A DNA stretch of 64,000 nt from contig JAXLNO010000246.1 in assembly GCA_038087875.1 (NCBI GenBank), positions 62,001-126,000 on the forward strand. Direction: 5' to 3'. The notes beneath the pieces were generated by a model. That model was not told the origin of the DNA, did no database searches, and saw only the letters and a list, made by a program, of their open reading frames with translations. Source of the DNA: Malacoraja senta (taxonomy: Eukaryota). A program made the position numbers and the translations under genes. Shown here piece by piece: positions 12,917-27,034 of this stretch; positions within the stretch are counted from its first letter, which is position 1, and each line of letters begins with the position of its first letter.

Positions 12917-13281
12917 GTCTCTTGAATATCAATGTCCTCTATGAATCTGAATCGCCATCACAGTACGATCATTCCGGCTCTGATCATACCTTCTGAACCT
13001 TCTGAATTTGTTGTCGGCAGGGCAGTACTCTGCATATCTCCCACTTGATATTTGGTATTTGGTACATATTTGGCTCTTACATCTGATCATTGGGTTTGGT
13101 TAGGTTAGGCTTGGAATATTACTGTTACAAGTATCGAGAAACAGTGAAAGGATGTGCTGGCTCCTATCCACTCAGATCCAACATACCATTCATGGATACA
13201 ATCAGTTCAAGCAAATTGATTAGAGCAATTCATAGATCAACAGGGATAATACAGAGGCAGAAAATAGCTCATGATGTATAG

Positions 13282-13343
13282 ATTATAATCCTGAATATGA
13301 TTCTTTGTTTCAATCAAACTTTAAATCGTCCTTATATTTGTAA
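13282..13343 (+). pseudogene. Terminal Tyr-motif exon (DYNPEYDSLFQSNFKSSLYL*)
   Basis: gtatag acceptor, phase-1 open frame, conserved stop position. Confidence 0.5.
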
Positions 13344-13868
13344 GAATGAATAACATTTGCTCAAGCTGCATCGCATAATTCCGTTCTTCCTGGTACTCGA
13401 TATGTGCAATCGGAGATTTCAAGCTCTGCAAAACAAAACAAAAATGTGTACTGTTGTCGGAAATTGTGAGAATTATAAGGAAGATGAATAAGTTATAATT
13501 TGTTTAACACTGTAGCTCACATACTGGGGAGCATGATGGGAGCGTTGCCAAGATAGAATGTAGTTAAAATAGCTAAATCTGAAATATTCTGCTGAGAAGC
13601 AGGGTTCCTTATCAGTAGGGGGATGATAGACTTTTGTAGTTCTGTCTACAGTAGGTTCATATCTGTCGCAATCGTGCTTTAACATCTGCTTTTGGTCACT
13701 GTGTTTAGCAGGCAAGTCTCCAATAGGATAACAAACGATGTCCTTTACGAGGGGACTCCATTTGTCGAGAAGAATTTGGACATTTATGATATCTACATGT
13801 TAGATACATGGGAAGGAGATTTCTAAACAACAAGAAACCCAAGATTAAAGTTAACTTTGGGGAAACGC

Positions 13869-16800
13869 GTAAAATGGACATAACAGCAAAACTTAAAAAC
13901 TCAAAAGCTCCCCCAATACCTAAAGACCTGGGATTTGGATGCACCACAATAATTAAAGGTACTATAATTATTCATAATGCATGACACCACACAAAAGAAC
14001 CTAGGAGGAATATCATTTTGTAGTTGGAATATAAGAGGTATTAACGAACCTATTAAAAGGGGTAAGATACTAGCTCAGCTGAAATTGTACAACTCCGACA
14101 TTATCTTCCTACAGGAAACACACCTAAAATCTCAGGATCAAGTTAGGTTGAGGGCGAAATGGATAGGTCAAACATACCACTCTTCATTTACTTCAAAATC
14201 TAGAGGCACGTCAATCATCATAAGAAAAGGTATACCATTTAAAGCAAAGAATATTATAACAGATATAGAAGGGAGATACCTAATAGTTAATGGAGAAATT
14301 CATGATACTCCACTTACTTTGGTAAATATATATGCCCCTAACTTTGATAACCCCCACTTTTTCAATAAAATTTTCAACATAATTGCAGTCAAAATATCAA
14401 AATGTTATAATAGGAGGAGACTTTAACTGTGTTTTAGATCCGTACTTAGATAAATCAAGTCAAAAACAGAGAGGGAATATGAAATCGAAAACTGGGGAAC
14501 TTCTCAATACCTATATAAACAACACTAATATAGCAGATGTTTGGAGAATTGTTAATCCAACTGGCAGGGAATACTCGTTTTACTCAATGGTACATAAGAC
14601 ATACTCACTTATAGACTACTTTCTGCTGGATACAAAATTAATCCCCCAAACATCTAATGCAATATACCACACAAACTCGATTTCAGACCATTCTCCACTA
14701 ACTTTCTTTTTAAAACTGGAAGGATTGTCTAAGAATAAATCGTTTTGGAGATTTAATTCTCAAATTCTAAAAGATCCACAAGCGAGTATATATTTAAAAG
14801 AACAAATGGAGGTCTTTTTTCAAATAAATGATACTTCAGATATATCGCCTATATTATGGGAATCTTTTAAAGCATACATTAGGGGTATTATAATTTCATA
14901 TCAAGCTTTTCAAAATAAAAAGAATAAGAATGAACAAAGACACTTAGAAGAAATTAGACAAATGGATATAGATAATGCTAAAGATCCATCAATAGATAAA
15001 CATAATAAAATAATAATTTTGAAATTTAAATTAAATAAATTAATATCTGCCAAACTTATAAGACTTTTTCAAATTACAAAACAAGAGCACTTTGAATTTG
15101 GGGATAAACCGCATAAACTTTTGGCTCGCCAGCTAAAAAAAACGAGAAAAGGAACATACTATACCAAAGGTCAAATCAGATAAAGGGGGATTATTAACAA
15201 CACCAAAGGATATTAATAATAGATTTGCGCAATTTTATGAGAATTTGTATACATCTAAAGCGACAATTGATTCCAATAATATCACAAAGTTCTTGGATAC
15301 CTGTAATCTTCCAAAGTTAGAACTGAAGGAACAAGAGGAACTGGGTGCACAAATCTCAATTAAGGAATTAGAAGATACAATAAACTCACTAAAGAATGGA
15401 AAAACACCAGGCCCTGACGGATTTACTAATGAATTTTATAAAAGCTTTTACGATAAAATAATACCAAGATTACAAAAAATGTACCAATATGCTTTTAAAA
15501 AACGAATACTACCTGATACATTAGCGGAATCAACGATTACATTAATACCTAAGAAAAATAAAGACTTAGAAGAACCTGGTTCATATAGAGCTATAGCATT
15601 GTTAAACACAGATCAAAAAATATTAGCGAAAACATTAGCTAGAAGATTAAGTAAATACATTAGTAAATTAATAAACCCAGATCAGACGGGGTTTATCCCT
15701 AAGAGATACTCATCTAACAATATGAGACGTCTACTCAACATAATGCACTCACACAAATCTGAAGATCAAGAATTATCAATTATTTCGCTGGATGCTGAAA
15801 AAGCATTTGATCAAGTAGAATGGAATTATATGGACAAAGTATTACAAAAATTTCAACTGGGGGAGAATTTTATTCTATGGATCAAGTTACTATATAACAA
15901 ACCTACAGCTAGAATACTAACTAATAACATATTATCCTCGAAATTCCAACTATCAAGGGGAAATAGACAAGGATGCTCATTATCACCACAACTGTTTGCT
16001 CTCATTATTGAACCGCTAGCAGAAAAAATTAGAATACACCCTGATATCCATGGATATAATACTAAAGATTCATATAATAAAATATCTTTATACGCGGATG
16101 ATATATTACTGTACATTACAAAACCTCAAATCACTATACCAAATATATTAAATTTAATTGAAGATTTTGGATCTTTCTCTGGATATAGAATAAATTGGAA
16201 TAAAAGTGAAATTATGTCAATAAAACCGAAAGATTCAACACATCTTTTAAAATTCCCTTTTAAAATAGCTACAGAAAAATTTAAATATTTGGGAATCGAA
16301 ATTACCAGATCATATCAAGGTATGTTTAGGGCAAATTTTGACCCCTTACTTAATAAATTAAACACACTAATTAAATTCTGGAAAACGCTCCCGATGTCTT
16401 TAATAGGCCGAATAAACGCAATAAAAATGATCTTTTTACCACAAATTTTATACCTATTTCAATCAATTCCGATATACTTACCAAAGAAGTTTTTTTAAAA
16501 ACTCGACTCAGATATCACTAATTTTATATGGGACTATAAATCACATAGAATACAAAAAACTCATCTGAATAAACCTAAAGTATTAGGGGGTTTAGCACTA
16601 CCTAATTTTATGTATTATTATTGGTCAGTAAATATTAAAAATATGATTCAACTGATGGATAACTCCGCCCAGCAAGCGGACTGGATTGTAATGGAGAAAG
16701 AGGATTGCTCCTCTAGAAACATTGGAGCGATCTTCCTCTCTCCAATGAAATTGAATAACATAAATTATAATAAGAACCCAATTATTCATAGTACAATCCG

Positions 16801-18152
16801 AATTTGGAAACAAATAAAACAAAATTTAAAATTAAGAAATTTATCACTTTTATTACCTATATTCAATAACCCTTCGTTTAATCCTTCTATTATAGATAAA
16901 GCTTATACACAATGGGATAGATTAGGAATTAAAACGCTTGGTGACTTGTATGAAACTGAAAAATTACTTTCATTTCAACAATTACAAATAAAATATAAAC
17001 TCGGAAATAATCAATATTTTAAATACTTTTAAATATGTGACTATTTGAAAAAATATACAAAAGATCATCATAATAACCCAGCAGATGTACTGGACGAGGC
17101 AATGCAGATAAAAGCGGAATCAGCAAACTTAATATCATATTTGTATAATATTATCTTAAATGCACAAATAGCATCTACGGAGGGTATCAGAAGAGACTGG
17201 GAACAAGTGTTAGCTATTAAAATTTCAAAGGAAAGTTGGAATGAATACTTATTAAACGTGCATAAATACTCGATTAATGTAAGACACACTTTAATACAAT
17301 TTAAAATTTTACATAGATTATATTATTCGAAAACTAAAATTCATAAAATTTTCCCAAATGTATCATCTATTTGTGATAAATGTCAATCCCAAGAAGCTAC
17401 CATAACGCACTCATTCGTTTCTTGTACAAAAATTCAAAAATTTTGGAATGAAATTTTTGAAATCTTTACAAAGTTATTTAAAACAAGACTGATACCCAAA
17501 GCAGAATGGATTATCTTCGGTATAACGGAAGATGGTCCAGATCTAAATGTGTTTCAAAATAAACTAATGGACTATGGGTTAATAACTGGAAAAAAGCTAA
17601 TTCTAAAATTTTGGAAGAAGGCTCCAATACCAACTATAAATATGTGGATTTCAAATATGTTTGAAACATTACACCTAGAAGAGATAAGACTCCTCCTAGC
17701 AGGTAAACCAGATCACTTCCACCTGACGTGGTCTGCATTTATAGAATTATTACAAACATAGGGTGCAAAAGTACTTTAAAAAAAAATTGAGGTCAGGTAA
17801 GGGGGGATGATAGTTGAAGAGCTGGTATGTCCCATTTACGTAATGCTCATAAAAATATTTGTTTCTCTCTTTTTCCTCTTTCTCTCTTTCTTTCTTTCCT
17901 AGGGTCTATTTCTTAACTCTTTTTCTTTTGTTTTTAATTTTGCTCTTATAGGGTCTTCGTCCTTTTTTGTTGTCACATTTCCTACACTTTCACTTTTTCC
18001 TTCACTTTCTTCTTCCTTTCAATCTTTTCCTTTTCTAGTGTAAAAAATAAATGGAGTACATTAATTGTAAGAAGATATAAATGACAAGTACTAATGTATG
18101 TGGTTGTAATGTAATGTACTTCTAATAAAATACAAATTAAAAAATAAAAAGA
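13869..18152 (+). mobile_element. 5'-truncated L1, ORF2 disrupted by frameshifts/stops
   Basis: SWNIRG, LQET, SDH, YADD, CCHC-like motifs; A-rich tail; TSD TAACTTTGGGGAAACGC at 13852-13868 and 18153-18169; empty site near 4050. Confidence 0.97.
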
Positions 18153-20804
18153 TAACTTTGGGGAAACGCAAAGATGAAAGGTTACAGAGGCATTGATTAA
18201 TGATGTTGTATTTCAACTCCACAAGTAACCATTGTGTCATGAGGGTAGAAGAATCCTACAGTTACCGTGGGATTTTGAAGCAGCTTGAGCTTCCTCACAC
18301 TGTTTCGCGATGTACATCGCTGAGGCCTGTATTAAATCGACTTGTTCGGTTCACTAGCCACTGATCTATGAGCTGTTAGAATTTTTGTCTGTGCCTATCT
18401 GAGTAAAGTTAGATATAGGGTACGGGTAAAGCACAAAATCCCCTCCTACATGTACAACACATGTTATTAAACTGTGCCGAGTTGCGCAGGTGGAGCGAAG
18501 GATGATGTAGTCCGTCGATAAACCATGAGACATCCCGCTGGATTTGTGGTGTTGTACACAATTACGATGTGAGACGCATGGAGTTTTAGCTTTTGGGTTA
18601 TGTTCATTATTGTCACATGTACCGAAGAACATTAAACCCTTTGTTTTTCATGCTATTCAGACTGGTCAGATGTACCACAAATATATACTGAGGCGAGGAC
18701 AGACGGTACTGCGTCTATGTATTCACACAGGGGTGGTGGGAATATAGATTTGCACAGACGGTGGTGGGTACATAGAATGAGCTGCCAAAGGTCGTCGCTG
18801 AGGCAGAAGCTATGACAATATCTAAAACACATTGGACATGTGCATGGATAGAAAGGTTTAGAGTGATTTTTGCCAAACACTGTAAGGATGCTAGCGTAGA
18901 TGGGGCACATTAGTCGGCATGGGCGAGCTGGGTTGAAGGATCTGTTCCCTTACTGTGTGACTCCATGACAATAGGTAGATATACAGAGTACAGAATGAGG
19001 TTCTCAGATTTGTAGCTTCTCGTGGACCATCATTTTTTAAACAAAGTCCAATGTGTACAAATGGGCAATACGAATCGAACAGTATCCTCGCATATGGAGG
19101 GATCGGGCAGAAGCTCGATAACGATGTAAAACAAGCCATTCTGCTGTGATGTGCGCTTTCAACCTTCTGTACCTTCTGGCAGATAAGAGAACAGGCAAGA
19201 AGAACTGACCCGATTTAGACATCTTTGATGATGTTGGGTAATTTTCCCCCGAAGAAGCGTGAAGTGTAGATGGAGACAATGGTGTGACGTCAGGTCTGCA
19301 TGATGGATTGGGCTACATTTACAACTCTCTACAAATTCTCCCGGTCTTGTCAGATCTGTACCCAAACCACAATGTAATCCAACCCGACAATATGATTTCT
19401 ATGCTCCATCTGTAGAAGTTTTATAAGAATCACTGTAGACATGCCAATTGTCCCAGTCTCTTGATGAAGTACAGATGATGGTGTGCCCTCGTGGGTTACA
19501 CATCAATGTGATTACTACAAGACATATCGTTGGTGATGTGACACATGGAACTTGAGCTCTCAACCATTCCGTGCCATTGATGCAGATTGGGGCAAATACT
19601 CTACATTCCTTCCAGAAGTCAAAAACTATCTCCTTCGTCTTGCTGACATTGAAAGCGAGGTCATTGTCATGACAACGTGTCAATAAGCTCACCATCTCTT
19701 TCTTGTACTCCGTCCCGCCATTGCCCATCATTCGACCATTCACAATGATGTCTTCTTCAAACTCATTAGAGCCGAATATGGCCGTACGGTCGCGAGTGCA
19801 AAGGTGATGTAGTAGCGGACTGTGAACGGATCGTTGCGGTGCTACAGTCTTCGAAGTTATTGTTGAAGAGGTGTCACTTATCTTTATTGATTGTGGGCTG
19901 TGGGAGTCTAAAATTGAGCATGCGGTGGTAGAGCGGGGAGGTGATCCCTCGGTCCAGGAGTTTGGAATATATCATCGTCCAACCTGCACAGAGTGGAGGA
20001 TCTCCTCAATTGTTGTTCCTTTGACAGCCTCTTCCACCGTAGATAAATATTGACTCCATCTCTGCACCGAAAGTAAATGGTTGCGCCGGAAAATATGACA
20101 AACGTTCAAAGACAATTAGACTGCCTCATGAATAGGAACGATGTAGAGTAATGTGGCCGAAAGGTGGGTGTGAGTGACTGGTGCAGAAGGGGCACATTGG
20201 TCCGCCTGGGCAAGATGGGTTGAAAGTCCCGTTACCATGCCGTAGGACTCGATGAGTCTATAACAATAGACAGACCAATGTGGAAGATACAGAGTGCACA
20301 ATATAGTTCGCAGGATTGCAGTGCATCAGCTACTGAGACAATGTCTTATATCCGCAATGGGGGAGAAGCGAATTGAAGAGTACACTAGCCCAAGGATGGA
20401 CCGTTTAGAAGCCTGTTAACGGAGGGAAATGAGTTATTCCTTAATCCGGTGGTGCTCACTTTCAAACGTCTGTACGTTGTGCGGGATTTCAGTCGGGAAA
20501 GAAGAACTGACCGATCTGGTCAGGTCTGATTACGTTCGGTGTTTTTTTTTTAGGCAGCGTAAAGTGTAGATGGAGTCAATGGTGGGACGTCTGGTGTGTG
20601 TGATGGATTGGGCTGCGTTAATAACTCTGCAATTTCTCGACGTCTTGGGAGACTCGTTCCCAATCAATCTCTGATGGAACTGGACAATATGCTTTCTACG
20701 GTACATCCCGAGAAGCATGTAAGAGTGACTGGAGACATGCCAAACTTACACAGTCTCCTCATGAAGTAGAGGCATTGATGTGCCTTCTTGGATGTTGCAT
20801 CGAT

Positions 20805-20915
20805 GTTCTGCTTACCAACTGCACAATGTAGCGGATCTGGTCAATCGCCCGTCGTTTCACAGACTTGATTCGAGTAATAAATCTGGACTTCTGATTCTAC
20901 ACCGCTTCAAAAATA
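20805..20915 (+). pseudogene. 3' fragment of Ig VJ-like exon
   Basis: Aligns to 2070-2176 and to the reverse complement of 45647-45750. Confidence 0.4.
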
Positions 20916-21466
20916 TCACCTTCTTTAAAAGAGATAGGGCCAAGGCTTAATACACTGTGGACCAAGTGCAAGTAAATGTAATTCTGTAATTGGATAGCAT
21001 TTACACAGAGAGTTGCTGGGCCTGTTTCTTTGTTGTATGACGATGACTATTGGTCCAGTCTCTGTCGGTTTCTCCACATGTGGTATCACCTTCAGTAGCT
21101 ATAGCAGGACTGTACTACTATTTCCTTGTGTGTCCCAGCTGTAGGGAGAGGTGAGGACTTTATTCCTTGGAGCGAAGGAAGCTGCGCGGTTGGAATATCA
21201 AGGTGTTTACAACCATGAGAGGAAAAGGTAGGATGAATGCAGACTTTTACCCATGATGGTGAATCAAAAATCAGATCTCATATGTTTAAGGTGAGAGGGA
21301 CTGGATTTTCTAGGAACCTGAAGAGATGACTTGACGCAAAGAGGTTGCTGGGAACATGGTACCAACTTTGATAAGATCATGCGCTTCTGACATTACATAT
21401 TATTCCTCCCTGGACGGATGTCATCAGAGTCTTCTGAGTATATTATGTTCTACTCCAGCATTGCAG

Positions 21467-21593
21467 AGGCCCATAATTAATATGGTCCGCGATACAGTAT
21501 CAGTTGTTTGACTGTGATCGCTCCTCACCTTGACTTCGCATTTGTCCAACAGTTCGTATATGGTCGACCCCATTCAACACCTTCTCGTTTATA
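21467..21593 (+). pseudogene. TM-like exon, diverged copy
   Basis: gcag acceptor; aligns to 2999-3126. Confidence 0.4.
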
Positions 21594-21599
21594 GCAATA

Positions 21600-22302
21600 C
21601 TGTTTAAGTTCCTGGGAACCATCATCTTCAAGGACCTTACGTGTGTGTGTGTGTGGGGGGGGGGGCACCATCGACTCCACAGGCAAAAAGGCACAACAGA
21701 GGATGTACTTCCTGCGGCAGCTGCGGGAGCACAATCTGCCACAGGCAATGATGGTCCAATTCTACACGGCCATCGTAGAGTCTGTTCTCACCTTCTCCAT
21801 CATGGTCTGGATTGGCTCAGCCACCAAACACGACACCTGGAGGCTGCAGCGAATCGTCCGATCAGCAGAGAAGGTTATTGGAAGCAACCTTCCCTCCATT
21901 GATGAACTGTACACTGCAAGGGCCAGGAAGCGAGCGGGCAAGATCATCTCTGACCCCTCTCACCCTGGCCACAAACTCTTTGAATCACTTCCCTCTGGAA
22001 GGTGACTCCGGATTGTCAAAGCTGCCACAGCCAGACATAAAAACAGTTTTTATCTACGAGTAGTTGCTCTACTGAACAGCCAAAAAACTGTAGCCTCCCT
22101 TTGATCTGGTATTTTGTTGGTTCACATGCTTGATCAATGGTGTTTTATCATTAATGTTTTATTATTATTAATGTTTAGTGTTTTCTGAGTCATTAGTGAC
22201 TGTCACTGTATGTCATGTTGTTACTTGTTGGCGGAGCACCAAGGCAAAATCCTTGTATGTGAATACTTGGCCAATAAACTTACTTACTTACTTACTTACT
22301 TA
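21600..22302 (+). mobile_element. Rex1/Babar-type LINE 3' fragment
   Basis: KKAQQRMYFLRQL…FYTAIVESVLT…DPSHPGH C-terminal motifs; (ACTT)n tail. Confidence 0.9.
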
Positions 22303-22537
22303 TACTGTATTTGTTACATTGACAATCTTAGTCGCCATTATAGTACGAACATCTCTCTCTGATCATAGTTGTTATTAATGTCAGATCATTAGGTTAGGTG
22401 ACGTTAGGTGAGGTTTAATATCGTCACATGTTCCAAGTTACAGTGTCCATTCAGTATATGCCATACATAGATACAATCAGTCCTGCAGATGGAGCAAAGA
22501 GGATGATACTGAATTCACAATATAGTTGATTACATTG

Positions 22538-22629
22538 AATATCATGCTGAATATTGTTGGTTATTTACACCAAACCCCGAATTGTCCGTTATGAGAATGA
22601 ACAACAATTTCTCAAGCCACATGGTATAA
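22538..22629 (+). pseudogene. Terminal Tyr-motif exon, diverged (EYHAEYCWLFTPNPELSV..)
   Basis: Aligns to 267-420; acceptor degenerate. Confidence 0.4.
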
Positions 22630-22849
22630 TTTCATTCTCCGTAGAACTGGATAAGGGCAGTAGGAGAATTGGGGTTAGCAGCACACATTAAGCTGGGAAC
22701 ACCAGCAGACAGAAACCGGAAAACATAGAGTGAGACTTGAATACTCACAGAGACAAGCAGAAACATTCTCAAAATGACGCAGGACCCTCCCCTAATTCTA
22801 CGTAGTTTTGCCTTCTCTTGATTTCCCATTTGCAGACGCACTCCCCTAT

Positions 22850-23205
22850 TTCCAAGGTAGATAAAATGCTGGAGAAACTCAGCGGGTGAGGCAGCATCTA
22901 TGGAGCGAAGGAATAGGCGACGTTTCGAGTCGAGACCCTTCTTCAGACTGATGTGGGGGTGCGGGGGCGGGGAGTAAGAAAGCAAGAGGCGGAGACAGTA
23001 GGCTGTTAGAGAGCTGGGAAGGGGAGAGGAAGGAGTGAGAAAGCAAGGACTACCTGAAATTGGAGGTCAATGTTCGTACCGCAGCGGTGTAAACAACCCA
23101 AACGTAATATGAGGTGTTGCTCCTCCAATTTGCGGTGGTCCTCACTCTGGCCATGGAGGAGGCCCAGGACAGAAAGATCGGATTCGTAATGGGTGGGGGA
23201 GTTGA
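22850..23205 (-). mobile_element. Penelope-like element 3' end / pLTR fragment
   Basis: Homologous to 49100-49490 (GIY-YIG C-terminus and downstream pLTR). Confidence 0.8.
22918..22946 (-). ncRNA. Minimal hammerhead ribozyme motif in Penelope pLTR
   Basis: Minus strand reads CTGAAGA-A-GGGTC-TC-GACTC-GAAAC-GTC: core boxes, stem II and a GUC triplet. Confidence 0.65.
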
Positions 23206-24130
23206 AATGTTGTTTCCCAAATGCCAGTCAGTGACTAATGAGGTGCCGCAATGCTCCGCGCTGCGACCCCAGTTGCTTATAATATATATTAACGATTTAG
23301 ACGAAGGAATTAAAAGTAATATCTCCATGTTTGCAGATGACACAAAGCTGGGTGGTAGTGTTTGCTGCGCAGAGAATACTATGAGGCTGCAACATGACTT
23401 GGATAGGTTAGGTGAGTGGGAAGATGCGTGGCAGATGCAGTATAATGTGGAAGAACGTGAAGTTATCCACTTTGGTAGCAAGAACAAGAAGGAAGATTAT
23501 TATCTGAATTGTGTAGGAGCAAGGAATTCCTACTGCAGTAGTACAGCACCATGGCGAGACCGCACCTGGCATATTGTGTGCAGCTTTCGTCTCCTAATTT
23601 GAGGAAGGGTATTCTTGTTATTGAGGTAGTGCAGCGTAGGTTCACCAGGGTAATTCCAGGCAAGGCGGGACTGTCATATGCTGAGAGAATGGATAGACTG
23701 GGCTTGTGTTCACTTGAATTTAGAACGGTAAAAGGGGATCTTACAGAAACGTATAAAACTCTTTAGAAATTGGACAGTCCAGAAGCACGAAAAATGTTCC
23801 AAATATAGGGGTGGTCCAGATCCAGGGGCAACACTTTAAGAATCAGCGGTAGGCCATTTAGGACTGAGATGAAGAAACATGTTTTCATCCAGAGAGTTGT
23901 GAATCTGTGTAGTTCTCTGCCACAGAAGGCAGTGGAGGCCAATGCACTGGATGTTTTCAAGCGATAGTTAGATTTAGCTTCTAAGGCTAACGGAATCAAG
24001 GGATTTGGGAAGAAAGCAGGAACGGGGTACTGATTTTGGATGATCAGCCATGATAATATTGAATGGCGGTGCTGGGTCGAAGGGCCGAATGCTCTACTCC
24101 TGCACCTATTTTGTATATTTCTACGATTCT
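23205..24130 (+). mobile_element. Degenerate CR1 RT and 3' end
   Basis: INDLDEG, FADDTKLGG motifs; CR1 3'UTR. Confidence 0.9.
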
Positions 24131-24439
24131 ATATTCCATGTATACCATCGTATTGATTGAGATGGTGCAAGGTATGATTAGTAAATTTACAAATAAATAC
24201 GAAGGCAAGTGTGGTTGTAGATTGCCAAGACTGATATGAAAAATGACGTTGGGATTTTGATCAACTGGGAAAGTTGGCAGTGGAATAGCGTATGGCATTT
24301 AATTTGTATATTTGTGATTTAATTTATATTGGTTGGTCATGTCAGGTCTTTCTCAATGACATGTTCGACCCTGCGGAGTACTGTGGAGCAAGGAGATCGA
24401 GGAGTTCACGTCATATATCTCTGAATTTGGAGTCGCGGG

Positions 24440-24875
24440 TCGTTAAGATGGTAATGAAGATTTCGGCACGGTGTCGATCACTAGTAACGGCAATAAGTGC
24501 AGATGACGGGACGTTATAGTACAGTTCACAAGACGTTTGTGATGCCGCTCTAACTTGCAGTTCACATGCCGTCCACTGGATGTCCCCATCATTCAAAAGC
24601 TCGATATTGCACAACAGCCAGGAATTATTCTCCAGGAATAGATCAGCGTATCATAGTTCAGGAGTCTAAAACAGAACTTCCAACAGCTCGCTTCGGTTAA
24701 TAATAAATTAAGTAATTTCTTTAAATAAAATGTTCTTCTCAACGAACGTACGTGGGTTCCAAATGATCCCCACACGTGGACAGTCCTTGAAGCACAATGA
24801 GGGTAACTATCTACATAATATCAGAGAATCTGACAGTCACACAATAACGATGCTATTTATAGAGGTAGAGTCAAA
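24440..24875 (-). pseudogene. Possible decayed PILR/Siglec/NKp30-like V domain with downstream TM-like stretch
   Basis: Across frameshifts: LTLP..IASLL(C)D(C)..SYPH..GIIW..NRSELL..DLFLENNSWLLCNIELLND..ELQVR. Confidence 0.4.
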
Positions 24876-25429
24876 TCACCAACCAAGATATTTTGAACCA
24901 GCAGTCCACGTGACGCAAAATGTCCAACCAATCTAGCCCAACTTGCCCACGATTGCTCCATAGCCTCCCAACCACTTCTATCCATATACTCGTTGAAATG
25001 TCTCTTACACATTGTAATCGAAGCCATCCCTTCAGCTTCCTCTTGCAGCCATTTCCACCTCACCACAACTGCCTTTGAAAAAAGAGTTGCCTCTCAGTAT
25101 CTTCTGAATCTATCCACTCTGGCATCTTCCAGCTTTAGACTCCCCAGGCTTGGAAAAACGGCAGGAACCGTCTACCGGTTCCTTGCCCCTGATGATGAAA
25201 TATACATCTGTAATACCACCCATCAATCGCCTACTGTCCGGTGAAAACGTTCCAGCTTGTCCATGCTCTCCTTAAATCTCAAACTCTTCCACCCCGGTAA
25301 CAGTTTTATGATTCTTACCTGCGCCATTTTGAATTTCATGTCTTCCTACCAATCGCTGGAAGACCAGAACTGCTCATTGTACGCCAAGTTTGGTCTCAAA
25401 TATGATTTGTGTAGTTCGGGGAACCACCT

Positions 25430-26125
25430 GGAATAACAATTCACTAAGTAACCGACCGGGTAATTCACCTCTACCATCGTGTCGGTGGTCTACATAGCAC
25501 CCAAAGTCAACGCCAATGCGGCTCTGGACAATTTATACTCCGTCTGGAAGCACCAGACCCTGATGCCCTGCCCATCATCTGCGGTGACTTCAATCAATCG
25601 TACTTCAGGAATACACTGGAAACTAAAATCAGCATATACCCTGCCTCACAATGGGCGTCGACATTCTGGGCGAGACCACCATCTAGTATGTCCACGGTTA
25701 CAGCACAACAACCATACTCTCAAAACCAGGAAGACCAAGGACATGATTCTGGACTTCGGAGCAGGAAGGATGAGGTCCCACACACCTGTCTAGATCGATG
25801 GTGGAGAGAGGCAAAAGCTGCACATTCCTGTGCGTGGAAGTATTTGAAGATCTTTCCGAGACCCAGAACATTGATGCAATTGTAACACCTCTACTGAAAA
25901 GATTGCGGATATTCGGTATGACATCGAGTATTCTCTTGAACTTCCACATGTGTACAGTAGAGAGCATGTTGTCTGGTTGCACCACGACCTGGGTCGGCAA
26001 CCTGAATGCCAGGAGCGAAGGAGACTGCAACATGTGATTAACACTGCCCAGTCCATCACGGGTACTGACTTCCCCACCATCGAGGGAACTACAACAGTCG
26101 CTGCCTCAAACATTGCATCCATGGT
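25430..26125 (+). mobile_element. Degenerate Rex1-type LINE fragments
   Basis: VYIAP..NA (APE), KTKDMILDF, CTVESMLSGC motifs. Confidence 0.75.
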
Positions 26126-26489
26126 CGACATAGTACAATTTGGGCTCTGAAACATATTCACATTAACCCCATCCCAATTATTGTGTACAAGGCAAACAAG
26201 CAGGAAACTGAAAGAAACTGCTCAGAGTCCGAATCCGCACAAACGCTGAGATGTTGAAGTCCCCGTTTGTGGATAGTATTGAGCAGAACTTCCTTCAAGG
26301 CTGCTCATTCCCGCCCATTGTAATTCATACTGAATCAGTTTGGTGTCCGGTAACTTTACCTGGTGGTTTATGACATCGTTACCGAACCTGCTAGTCAGTG
26401 ATGCCGAAGATTTACCTTCCATCACTCTGTCCGTAGCCCTGTGGACGTACACTCCAAGTACGTATCTTAATGTTTTTAGGAGATACCGC

Positions 26490-26742
26490 ATGCAAACTGG
26501 CTCTTTGCCCCACCGAGTCCGGGCCGACCAGCGAACGTCGTACATTAGCACTAACCTAAACACTAAGCACAACCTGTACGTCTTTGGAGTGTGGGGGGAA
26601 ACCGCAGAAACCGGGGATGATCCCGGGCAGCGCCTGTGAGAACGTATGATCTCCATACCGACAGCACCCATAGTCAGGATCGAACCCGGATCTCTGCCGT
26701 TGTGAGGCAGCAACTCTACCGCTGCGCCACCGTGCCACCCCG
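26490..26742 (-). mobile_element. tRNA-derived SINE (HE1/V-SINE type)
   Basis: GGTGGCACGGTGGCGCAGCGGTAG A-box and GGTTCGATCC B-box on the minus strand. Confidence 0.85.
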
Positions 26743-27034
26743 CTGTTGAAACGTGATGAAGTTGCTGCCTCTCCCATCGTCTTCGGCATCGAGTTCCATT
26801 CTACGTGTGGAAAATTATCCTCATTTCAATGAATCATCTCATTATCAGCATATTTTGTCTCCCTTTCGACGAACGGTATTTTGCCCACACACACTATGCA
26901 GAAGATCTGAGATATAAATACTGTATGTGGTGGAGAAAGTACTTCGAGTACGTGGGGCAGTTACCGAATCTGATACCTTGTCCACTTAGGCACATGTTGA
27001 GTGTACTGACGTGATACAGACACATCGTATACAA

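Larger units (their letters stand above)
6406..20129. repeat. Tandem segmental duplication, copy B (expanded by CR1 and L1 insertions)
   Basis: Starts with CATCAATCC (=359) and ends with GACTGCCTCAT (=6408). Confidence 0.95.

Noticed and set aside
26680..26742. tRNA-like A/B boxes (also at 31537 and 55600)
   Set aside because: SINE heads continuing into SINE bodies, not tRNA genes.
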